DNA of 64,000 nucleotides from Trichosphaerium sp. ATCC 40318. Its lineage: Eukaryota > Protista > Tubulinea. A program made the translations under genes and the position numbers. The notes below the pieces were generated by a model, which saw nothing but the letters and a program-made list of their open reading frames with translations, did no database searches and was not told the DNA's origin. Below, piece by piece: positions 13,298-23,686 of this stretch. The DNA lies in contig JALMLS010000330.1 of assembly GCA_038496445.1 (NCBI GenBank), forward strand, positions 90,274 through 154,273. The letters are read 5' to 3'. Positions within the stretch are counted from its first letter, which is position 1. Each line of letters starts with the position of its first letter.

Positions 13298-14104
13298 CTA
13301 ACAATAGTATGTAGCTCCTAACGCCTTCAAACATTCATCTGTTACATGTGTAAATGGTACATCAATAGTATGCACGCCTGCCAACGCCTTGATACCCTCA
13401 TCTGTAATCAATAAACAAGCACCTAGCCTAATAGTGTATACACCTGCCAAAGCCTGTATACCTTCATCTGATACCTTTGTACTTGTTAAATCTATAGTAT
13501 GTACACCTGCCAACTCTTTGATTCCCTCGTCTGTTATTGATTCACAACCACTTAACGAGATAGTGTGTACACCTGCCAATACCTTCAACCCCTTGTCTGT
13601 GACATTTGTAAATGATAAATCAATCTTGTATACACCTGCTAACGCCTTGATACCATCATCTGTAATCAATTCACAATTACTTAACCTAATGGTGTGTACA
13701 CCTGCTAAAGCTTTGATTCCTTCATCAGTCACCATTGTAAATGATAAATCAATCTCATGTACACCTGCTAACGCCTTGACGCCATTGTCTGTTACCTTTG
13801 TAAATGGTAGCATAATAGTATGTACACCTGCTAATGCTTTGATTCCTTCACAAGTAAAATCAAAATCAAAAGAAATAATTGTATTGTGGAGTAATGGGCT
13901 GCCAGAAAGGATCTTAATGCCATCTTCACTAGTTATTTTAATATAATTGTATCCAATGTGGTCATGAACAATAGATCGCAAAAAGCGGCATGTTTGGGCT
14001 GATTGGAGAGTATAATTCCCTTGTTTGAGAATATGCACTATAACTTCAATTGGTAGCGCAATAAGGTCAAATATGTATTCGTTTGTATTTTCGTTTTGTT
14101 CCAT
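13298..14104 (-). CDS. F-box + LRR protein (intronless)
   Basis: LIALPIEVIVHILKQGNYTLQSAQTCRFLR, then about 8 LAGVHTIxL...TDEGIKA repeats. Confidence 0.88.
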   Translation of the reverse strand: MEQNENTNEYIFDLIALPIEVIVHILKQGNYTLQSAQTCRFLRSIVHDHIGYNYIKITSEDGIKILSGSPLLHNTIISFDFDFTCEGIKALAGVHTIMLPFTKVTDNGVKALAGVHEIDLSFTMVTDEGIKALAGVHTIRLSNCELITDDGIKALAGVYKIDLSFTNVTDKGLKVLAGVHTISLSGCESITDEGIKELAGVHTIDLTSTKVSDEGIQALAGVYTIRLGACLLITDEGIKALAGVHTIDVPFTHVTDECLKALGATYYC

Positions 14105-14505
14105 TTACAAAGCACTATTAATCAAAACACTGAATCCTCTCGTACAAATAGACACCGAAGTTTCTACTTTATTTATTCGCGGTAGGAAAGATCACGTGAC
14201 TTTTAAAACCGCTTTATTGTAGTTAATGCGTTGTGTAACCTAGCCATGCTTGAAAGGCGCTGAAAGCTCACGTATTTACAAGGTTAAGTACGTTTTCTCG
14301 GACTTTTCCCGACTGATCACGTGCCTTTTAATAATATTCACAGCGTTTCCCCAAGGTCAGAAACAGGAAAAAGTACAACGGTTTAGTTAGTAAGTGATTT
14401 AATTCAAATGGTCAGTGGAACAAAAACAACGAGAGATTCATGTTTGATGTTTTATAAACAGTTTTATGACAGAAAACACGTTAATTGGTAAACAAGATTG
14501 CGATC

Positions 14506-14897
14506 TTAGCAGCTTCCACAAGCAGCTTCGCTCCAGCAACACCATTTGTCACTTCTGATGCGAAAGCATAATGGAGATCCAGGGTAGCAGTATGCAGTTG
14601 AACCTATCGTATGTAAGTATTTAAGAATTACCAACCTTTGATTTTTCACGTACATTGACCATTCTTTTCACGACCACGTTTACGCCATCCTGGAGGGCAC
14701 CATCCATTTGTATCACATGTTTCACCACACAACAGTGGTCCTTGCTATACAAACGAAAGTTAGAAAAGGAAATGTAAAAGGAGATGTTGACTTACTTCAG
14801 TTGCTCGTTTAGCTCTTTCACTGAGCTCATTAGATTGGACCGCCAAGGCGAAAGTTAAAGCCGCAAGTACAAAGACAATAAGAGTAGTAGTTTTCAT
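14506..14897 (-). CDS. Secreted Cys-rich prepropeptide, copy A (3 exons)
   Basis: MKTTTLIVFVLAALTFALAVQSNELSERAKR-ATE|QGPLLCGETCDTNGWCPPGWRKRGREKNGQ|CSTAYCYPGSPLCFRIRSDKWCCWSEAACGSC*; two GT-AG introns. Confidence 0.85.
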
Positions 14898-15247
14898 CGG
14901 GGGTTATGTTCAATTCGTGAGGTGTTGTTATGGTTTGAATTTTATGGCTGGAAGGTCAAGATGATTTAAGTCTCACTTCATGTGCAGTTATGGTAACTTC
15001 TTTATCTTATCGGAACTTTGCAATTTTTAGATCACCATACTTTTAGCCCCAAATAGAACAGCGGTAATGATAATAAGAAACCATAGAAAACAAGCATTGG
15101 ATTTAGCGAAAAAGAAATGTGGTAAACACTTTATGATACTTTTGTTCAGTGAATATGAAGACTTAAATCGATGTCTAAGTACATTCAAACAAAACCAAAT
15201 TACAAAACCTCAACCAACAACAAAGCTCATCTTCTAACAAACAACAA

Positions 15248-15657
15248 ATGAACACAACAATATTATTTGTATTGGTGACTTTGGCATTGATACCAATTGC
15301 CTTGACGACCCAATCTAAAGACTCTGAAGAAATGCCAGACATGCATGAAAAGAGATCAACTGAGGTATGTCGACACTTGGTACTTTTACATTGTATTGTT
15401 AATTAACACCTCATCTAGCAAGGACCACTGTTGTGTGGCGAAACATGTGATACAAATGGATGGTGCCCTCCTGGATGGCGTAAACGTGGTCGTGAAAAGA
15501 ATGGTCAATGTATGTGAAAAATCAAAGGTTGGTAATTCTTAAATACTTACATACGATAGGTTCAACTGCATACTGCTACCCTGGATCTCCATTGTGCTTT
15601 CGCATCAGAAGTGATAAATGGTGTTGCTGGAGCGAAGCTGCTTGTGGAAGCTGCTAA
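15248..15657 (+). CDS. Secreted Cys-rich prepropeptide, copy B (3 exons)
   Basis: MNTTILFVLVTLALIPIALTTQSKDSEEMPDMHEKR-STE, then the same 10-Cys mature sequence and the same intron positions. Confidence 0.85.
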
Positions 15658-16391
15658 GATCCTGCACTCCAATATGAATGTAAAACTAAATAAAGTACCC
15701 AAGTTTTACTATTATTCGTTTTCATAGTTAGGCTGCATTGTCAGCTCCAAGTTCAACAAGAAACACATGTTGTGAGTCAATTGAATACACAGTGTATGTG
15801 GCAACGTGTGTGCCTGTAAAAACCAATGAGCATAGGCACTACATTATTTTAGCAGAAACTGGTTTATTAAACGTGAAACACACTTGTTCAATCGCTAAAA
15901 TAATGTTCAACGTAGCGCTAAAATATAGCAATGCAGACTTGCATTCACTTTTCAAGCAAGTGATACCGCATACAGGCAGGGCATGGCATCCAAATGTTAC
16001 AGTTACTACAACATATGGTGTTAGAGCGAATGGTATAGCCATGTTTAATTAGCAAAACAGCACTAAACCAGGATAGAACCAAAGGCAATGTAAACCTTTT
16101 TGACTTTGTCCTTATGCCATTGAGTACAATCAAATTAGCTCAGTGAGTGAACTATGAGCATAAGAAGTAACTCAACTATTTTTTGCTGGCAAGTATTGAG
16201 CCGACCCATTTTTTTGTAGTGATTGCTGGAGAATGTAATAGTTCATTGGCCGAAGAATTGTGACTGAAATTTATGTTTCATTTTGATACAACGAGCAGTT
16301 TAGTTAGTAAACTGTAGTCTGATTCTACTTGTTGGCACTTTTATTGATTTCTTACAATGATATATGGCACAACAAGTATGGCTTTGCAATC

Positions 16392-16799
16392 TTAGCAACT
16401 TCCACAAGCAGCTTCACTCCAGCAACACCATTTGTCACTTCTGATGCGAAAGCATAATGGAGATCCAGGGTAGCAGTATGCAGTTGAACCTAATAAAGGT
16501 AAGTATTAAAGAATTACCATCCTTGATTTTCACGTACATTGACCATTCTTTTCTCGACCACGTTTACGCCATCCAGGAGGACACCATCCATTTGTATCAC
16601 ATGTTTCACCACACAACAGTGGTCCTTGCTAAATTGCATGTTAATTAACAATACAATGTAAAAGTACCAAGTGTCGACATACCTCAGTTGATCTCTTTTC
16701 ATGCATGTCTGGCATTTCTTCAGAGTCTTTAGATTGGGTCGTCAAGGCAATTGGTATCAATGCCAAAGTCACCAATACAAATAATATTGTTGTGTTCAT
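16392..16799 (-). CDS. Secreted Cys-rich prepropeptide, copy C (3 exons)
   Basis: Leader identical to copy B; mature region differs only by synonymous changes. Confidence 0.85.
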
Positions 16800-17150
16800 T
16801 TGTTGTTTGTTAGAAGATGAGCTTTGTTGTTGGTTGAGGTTTTGTAATTTGGTTTTGTTTGAATGTACTTAGACATCGATTTAAGTCTTCATATTCACTG
16901 AACAAAAGTATCATAAAATGTTTACCACATTTCTTTTTCGCTAAATCCAACGCTTGTAATCCATGATTGTTAGTCATCAATATACTGACACAAATAATGC
17001 TATTCTATCTGGGTTTTGCAAAGTAGACTTACGATATTGTGAAACAAATATAATTTACCGTAACATTTCACGTGAATGGAGACTTAAACCATAATGACCT
17101 TCAAGTCATAAATACAAACCATAACAAGAACAACTACACCTTATAGAACA

Positions 17151-17544
17151 ATGCAAACAACAACACTTTTCGCTTTTGTACTCATGGCATTGACTGTTGC
17201 CTTGGCGGTCCAATCTAATGAGCTCAGTGAAAGAGCTAAACGAGCAACTGAAGTAAGTAAAGATCTCATTACTTTTCCATCGCATTCTAATATCGATTTA
17301 GCAAGGACCACTGTTGTGTGGTGAAACATGTGATACAAATGGATGGTGTCCTCCAGGATGGCGTAAACGAGGTCGAGAAAAGAACGGTCAATGTACGTGA
17401 AGATCAAAAGAAGGGTAACAGACTTCTTTGTACTTACCTTTATTAGGTTCAACTGCATACTGCTACCCTGGATCTCCATTATGCTTTCGCATAAGAAGTG
17501 ACAAATGGTGTTGCTGGAGCGAAGCTGCATGTGGAAGCTGTTAG
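17151..17544 (+). CDS. Secreted Cys-rich prepropeptide, copy D (3 exons)
   Basis: MQTTTLFAFVLMALTVALAVQSNELSERAKR-ATE, then the same mature sequence; TAG stop. Confidence 0.85.
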
Positions 17545-17857
17545 TCACTAACTGCTTTACTGTGCTTTAATCAAATAAAGACAACTTAGTTAAAGTACAC
17601 AATGGCGTTTATTTGTTAAACCCTTTCTTTTGCTCGTATCTGTTTAAGTAGCATTGATACACTCTTGCGATTTTCCTTTTTACTCTTCTGAGCTTGTTTC
17701 GGATCCATCGAACTTATCCGTGACTCGCATGATCGTTCAGTATATTACAATCACAATTGTACTATATGCGTGGCAGTACGCAAGAACCCAAGCTGAGATT
17801 ATCATCATTTGATCTTTTTTTTCTTTTGTTCAAAAAGACTCTCTGGTCTTGTTCTCT

Positions 17858-19692
17858 ATACTAGCAAAGTTCTTGTGCTATTTACCAATAACCTGTGTTT
17901 TTTCCATCAGTAACATATTATAAATAAGGGAAAAAAAAGAAACAAGGGAGTTGAGTTATCGAAGGAAGTTGATTACTTCTTTTTTTTTTGTTGACTTTTT
18001 TTTATGCGAACCGTTGCTTTGATCTCTTCTCTCTAACACTTGTCACATTACTAAATCTGCTCCATTCCCAGTTGATTTTTGGATGTAATTTTGATAATAT
18101 CTGCGGAAATAGGTTTATAGCAATAAAAGAACCTCCAGTATTCCTTAATGATTTTGTACAAACACGATACCTAAATAACCTATTAATAACGAATAACAAA
18201 TCATATTTTGGCCAATAAGTAAACATAATCACAAGTGTGGCAACAGCGGTTTGAAAAGTAAGAAAAAGTGCCAAACACACTAAAGGCGGAAAAAAACAAG
18301 AAAAACTTAAAACAGGTTTTTTTTGAAGTGTTTTTGGGTTTTGTGATTTGTATTTTATCTTATGATGTTGTCGTACCAAGATTCCGGTTTCTCAATATTT
18401 TGCTGAACTTCTAATCTCTTTAAAAAGTTCATAACATTTTCTTGTTTATGCCAAAAACCAGCAGCTTGTCTAAAACCTGAGCGGTTTAAAAACTGTTTAT
18501 GGTCCCAATTATAGTCTTTGTAGATAGACTCTAGGCAATCTATAAGTCTTCCTTTATATCTAAATAATATCAGAACAAGAAATAAGGGTATCAAAATCAA
18601 AGAATAGCGAAGCTCACGAACCGACAAGTTGACATATTGTAAAAAAAATTTCTTCAAAGTACCTATTTGCGAGTATTCCTGAGCCCTTTTCTTGTACTAT
18701 GGCTTTACTTTGAACACTGTACCAACTATCCATTGTCTTTAGTTTAAGAGTACGGCCAATATCATCGAATTTTTCTCTTTGGTTATCCAAACAATCCCAG
18801 TGGTTATGAGGAACATTTCTTTTCAAAAAAGTGAGAAAAAAAGAACGAAAAAAGTATTTTTTGATTGCTCGTGACAAGTTGTTTCATGAAAGTAAATAAT
18901 AAACAGGTAATGATAGATAAAGTATTGTGGTAGTAATTATGAAAGTATTAATGATTTATCTGGGACGTAAAAGGAGGATTGAAACGATAAGAGATGGAAA
19001 AAAAAATTGTTCTTTTGTAAAACAACACGCACATGAACTGTTGTTTATCCCATTTTTTATCAGGATAGAGATTTTGTAGGCAGTTCACAAGTGAGCCATC
19101 ATGTCTATTTATTGTATAAGTCTAAAAAAAACTGTGACAGGCAAGTACTTTAGGAGCGTTGTTCTACATCCTGCGTCGGCCATGTCGTCAAAGGAAATCT
19201 CATACCAATCATCGAGAACAAATACACCAATTTTTTTAGCAGTTTTCTCTAATAAATCTTTATGATTGCTATCTAAGTTCCAGTAGTGATGTGGCACCCA
19301 TCTGTTAGGTGTCAGTTATATTTTTTTTGGGCAGTTCGGTTTCAAACTGTGTTTGGCACGTCATACCTGAACCTGGATGTTACCCAGTCGTATTCTCTGT
19401 ATAAATCTGCCAATGCGTGAGATAATGAAGAGTTATAGCTCGAAACTGAGTTAGAAGCGCTTCAGACGCGTAATTATGGTACAGGATACCTATTTAAGCA
19501 AACTTTACTCGCACTCAATACATCATTAACGCGAATGTCATACCAGTCATCGTAGCAATATACCATTAGTCTAGGTGAGACAATGGCATCAAATATACGT
19601 CTAACATCATTTCTCGGTTGTTTGGCTCATTAATATAAGCAAACGCTACAAATACCATATTTACCTTGTAATTTAAACTGTAAAGTTCTCAT
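17858..19692 (-). CDS. Uncharacterised Trp-repeat protein (W..N.R..FD...L....DWY repeats), multi-exon
   Basis: Four similar units: RRIFDAI..YDDWYDI, HYWNLDSNHKDLL..LDDWYEI, NHWDCLDNQREKFDDI..MDSWYSV, GFWHKQENVMNFL..PESWY. Gene ends are approximate. Confidence 0.65.
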
Positions 19693-19811
19693 GCGTAACA
19701 ACAAAAGCCAAACGAATCTAAAAAGCGCTTATTACGATCAGTTAAGTCAAAGCAAAAATAGCGTTATTTCCTCACAACTACGCGTTACTAAACGGATGTT
19801 TATTATGGTTT

Positions 19812-22074
19812 TTAGTATGATCCACGACGTCTCATTGCTGCCAGCCTTTCCCTCTCTTTTCTCCTTCTCTCCTCTTCTTCAAGGTACTTCTTTCGTTCAT
19901 CCAACACTTTTTCGAATTCTCGTATGAGTAGAATACTGTTCCATGTCCTACACACTTGTCTTGCTCTTCCAATTGTTTTAGAATTGAAATTAGCAAATAC
20001 AAGAACTACTGCGTCTACTGGCATAAAAAGAGGTGAAGCAAAGTCTGGCATGCCAAGTTTTGGCCAGAATTTAGCCCAACTGTTTGCAAAATTTGTACTT
20101 GGTTGATAGCCAGGAATAACGTTATCAGTAGGTGCTATCTTATCAAGTATAAAGAGGCGGTAGTGAGAGAATATCATTTCTCTGAACTCTGCATACATTT
20201 CTCCAACTTGAATGGCATAATGATCTCTTACTGGTTGTACAATAATTGAATGAATATTGTCAAGCCTAAAAACAATTACATATCGGAACACATTGATCAA
20301 TTTTCTTTGTTCAATACACTCCAAATAAATGAATGCCCGAGCAGTGCAACAATGAAAAAACAAAAAGAAAAACAAGGATTAAGTTTTTCAGTTGCAACAA
20401 AGCAATAATAATCACAGTTGTCGTACGCTTTTCTGGCTTGTGCCTTACTAGAACCAAATTGTGGTGTCTTCGTTTTTTTAATAATGTTAGCTAACCTTCT
20501 ATCGTCTTCTTCGATAATAGCCTTTAAAAGATTGGAAAAAGGACCTGACCACATTCCTGTTTGTTTCTGAAAAAAAGAGGTCAGATTTTACCGTTTTTTC
20601 AAATGACCAATTATTCGCTGCTACATACCTTCCATCTTGAGCATACGAGGTATAATGGGTGGGCTTTATTTGAAGGCATCATTATTATTGCCCATATCCG
20701 TTCGAAGGCTTCCTTTTTCATGTCGGGAACAGAAATCTTATTTTCTTTGATTTCTTGTTGAATATCCATTGGAATATGTGCTATTTTGTCAAGTTTATCA
20801 TCGACACCGAGAAACTCTCTAAAAGGCCTTGTGTCTTTTGCAAATGCTGCTTCAAGGTAGGTTTTGTGTTTATCGAATTGAGCTTTGAGTGCGTTGTATA
20901 TAGCATTGAATTCCGCCAAGTGAATTTCGTTTTTTATTTTCTTCTTGAACGAGCTAACTTGTTTCATACGCATCAATTGCCAGACATATAGTGGGTATAT
21001 CTGCATAGCTAACTCGTGTCCATCAAGCCAAGACTCTCTTATATACTTTAAGCGTAACCCAGTATCAACAACGCGAACAACGTATCCTTAATAAAAAAGT
21101 TAAAATGAGAAGATTTCTAAAGTGCTTGCCTTCGGATCCTGTAGCTCGCCTGAGTTTTATTTTATCGTTCAATTTCTTCAAGCTTTGTACTTTTATAGGT
21201 TTGATAGATTTAACGCCAAGAGTATTTGCAATATCAATAACATCAGGTAAAGTGAGTTCGTATCCTTTATCGTCATAAACAGCCAAAAGAATCGGTTCTT
21301 GATGCAAAATGTTAAGTTAGCTTTTTTTCGTTTTAAGTACTGGTATTAACATGACGTACCCTCGAAGTCATATTCAACAACTACAGTGTTTTCTTTATAA
21401 ATGATTTCAAAGATATATGTCCAAGACTCTTTCATTTTCTCAAGTGCACCATGTTCCGTCAACCAAGCCTAAAATTGTTTGTTGTCAACAATTATTTTTG
21501 TTACATTTTTCTTTTAGTTTTACGTACAGCAGCCCATTTAGCCTGTGAGGAGTTCATGCGAGATTTCGTTGTGACACAAATCTTCCCTTTCCAAATGAAA
21601 GCAACGCCCATTGAGCCTAAAATAACGTTGACGGTAAGCACTTGATACCCTTTTTTCGTTTTTTGTATTAGTTCAATGATTTGGTCTTACCATCATATTT
21701 TTCTGTTACTTCTATTTTAGCGTCTTTAGCCATCGCAGATGTGAGGTTTTCTTCGATTTCGTTGTACCTAAAGAATTTTGGGAAGCCATGAGCTATCACT
21801 TTCCCTTCTTTGTGGTCTATGGTACGTAAGTTATTTGTTGCATGTATAATTAGGCTAAATATAAGTACATACCTACAACAAGACCTCTGCAGAGGCAACC
21901 AACTTGAAAGTCATTTGATGGTGTTATTGAGTCAAAAGCGTAGCGATATACAGATAAACCGCAGCCATCGTCGTACTTTACAATCTTTTTTTGCTCTAGT
22001 CCCTGTTTTAAAGCCTTTTCTAGATCCTCCCAAGGCATAGCACGCACAGGATGCTGCTTTAGATCCTTTGCCAT
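19812..22074 (-). CDS. T4 Rnl1 (RnlA)-family ATP-dependent RNA ligase with F-box-like motifs
   Basis: CRGLVV..VIAHGFPKFFRYNE; motif I VTEKYDG|SMG; TYIFEIIYKENTVVVEY; LLAVYD; motif IV E|GYVV; RLK. All joined by in-phase introns. C-terminal FMPVDAVVLVFANFNSKTIGRARQVCRTWNSIL is F-box-like. Confidence 0.82.
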
Positions 22075-22342
22075 TTTAGTACAACCAATCTGGTTTTGAG
22101 TTGACTTTTGGCATTTTAGCCGAAATTCGAGTGAACTTTGCAAAACGTTTTATCTTGTTCTTACCAGTGTCACGTGGCTTTTGTTATTGCGTCTTTTACG
22201 AAGGCCATGTGGTAGTCCACAAGCCAAACACTAAAGAATGTGTAGTGTTCAATGAACGTCAAACGGTTGAAAACGTGAAACATGGTTTTTGGCGATATAA
22301 CGTATTAAAGAACGTCGTGCTTGATATTAATGCTTGTTGGCA

Positions 22343-23464
22343 ATGTCTAAAGACAATTGGCGGGTAGTTCACTTTAAATGGTATAAGAATGCCAAAGACA
22401 TCACCGAAGTGCGTCTGTGCGGCTCTTGGGATAACTGGAAAGTAAATCAGCTGATAATGACAAAAGTTGTAAAATATTCAAAATCTGGTGATCTAGTCTC
22501 TTGTGTGTTTGGAGCAGGTTTAAACTTAGCACATGGCACGTACGAATACAAATTTGTTGTAGATGGCGTATGGCAGCATGATGACACCGCACCCACGCGG
22601 GTCGACGCCTCAGGTAACATAAACAACGTAATAACGATCCTAAAAGACTTTCAACATAAATATTATTTAAACAATCCTAAAACAACTCAAAATGATCCTT
22701 GTCGCACTTGTACAGATACAATAGGAACAATGGACGTAGTTATAAACTATTTAAAAGACGAGAATAAGTATGCCATTGAAGGCGCGATACCGCCTCTATT
22801 AAACCTACCACTTGAACTACAACATATGATTATAGACACTTCCAAAGAAGTTTATGTCAAATGGCCTGTACTGTGCTATGGTACAGCAGTAACTTCTCGA
22901 TTCAATAATAAACTTGAACGACATGGCACATGGAAAACAAGCGCACATGTTTGGTTTTATGAAGATGGAAAGGCGTGCAGAAAACATCAAATTTTCAAAA
23001 ATGGAGTTATTTTTTCATCATGCGATTATAACCTTGGTATGAGACATGGCGCTTATCGAAGATGGTACAAGTATACTCCTAAAATACTAGTATCTAATTG
23101 TTGCTATAGGTATGATAATGGGCAGCCTTGGCAGCAGTTGGAGTATAAAAATGGTAAAAAACATGGAAAGTCACAACATTGGTACAAAAATGGACAAATG
23201 ATGAAATTGAGGTTTTACAATAACGGTAAAATCATTGATAATACTTTATATTGGTATACTACTGGTGTGCTTAAAAGCTCAAGATGGTATATGAACGGGA
23301 AACAGCATGGAGAGGAGAAAAAGTGGTACACTAATGGATCTCTTGCTTTTTTAGCTTTGTATCATCATGGAACGGTTACTGCTACTCCACAGTGTTGGAC
23401 ACGTGCTGGAAGACCTACAGCACGAGTTTTCCTTGTACGTAGGCGTATAAGGAGGAGAAGATGA
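22343..23464 (+). CDS. CBM48 (AMPK-beta-type glycogen-binding) + F-box-like + MORN2 repeat protein (intronless)
   Basis: FKW..EVRLCGSWDNWK..GTYEYKFVVDGVWQHD..DASGNINNVI; LLNLPLELQHMII..KWPVLC; HGKSQHWYKNGQ-type repeats. Confidence 0.85.
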   Translation: MSKDNWRVVHFKWYKNAKDITEVRLCGSWDNWKVNQLIMTKVVKYSKSGDLVSCVFGAGLNLAHGTYEYKFVVDGVWQHDDTAPTRVDASGNINNVITILKDFQHKYYLNNPKTTQNDPCRTCTDTIGTMDVVINYLKDENKYAIEGAIPPLLNLPLELQHMIIDTSKEVYVKWPVLCYGTAVTSRFNNKLERHGTWKTSAHVWFYEDGKACRKHQIFKNGVIFSSCDYNLGMRHGAYRRWYKYTPKILVSNCCYRYDNGQPWQQLEYKNGKKHGKSQHWYKNGQMMKLRFYNNGKIIDNTLYWYTTGVLKSSRWYMNGKQHGEEKKWYTNGSLAFLALYHHGTVTATPQCWTRAGRPTARVFLVRRRIRRRR

Positions 23465-23686
23465 CCTAAACTTATACATGTATAAACCTTGAAAAAAAAA
23501 CTGTAAAAAAAGCCAAAACTCAAATAAACCTGATTGACTCTGTACCAAGTTCACGTGGTCTTTGTAGAAAAATTAGTCCGTGATGGAGAATAAAATTGTT
23601 CTGGTTGGAATGATATCATAGTAAGTCTCAAGACGATATTTGATAAAACGTTTTTTCTTTAATTTTTTCGTTTCATTACAAATACA

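Larger units (their letters stand above)
14500..17545. repeat. Large inverted duplication (arms about 14500-15660 and 16390-17545, spacer about 730 bp)
   Basis: 15091-15408 is the near-perfect reverse complement of 16639-16956; the A and D leaders and promoters are also homologous. Confidence 0.9.

Noticed and set aside
13389-13946. 185-aa antisense ORF (also 5525-6046, 34750-35037, 45205-45618)
   Set aside because: Antisense shadows of repetitive coding sequence.
15738-16133. Short ORFs in the palindrome spacer (possible immunity or partner gene)
   Set aside because: Non-ATG starts or no motifs, and no convincing splice structure; only RNA-seq could rescue them.
15345-17548. Track ORFs MKRDQLRY.., MEIQGSS.. 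and MTNSFH..
   Set aside because: Wrong-frame or antisense readings of the spliced Cys-rich peptide genes.
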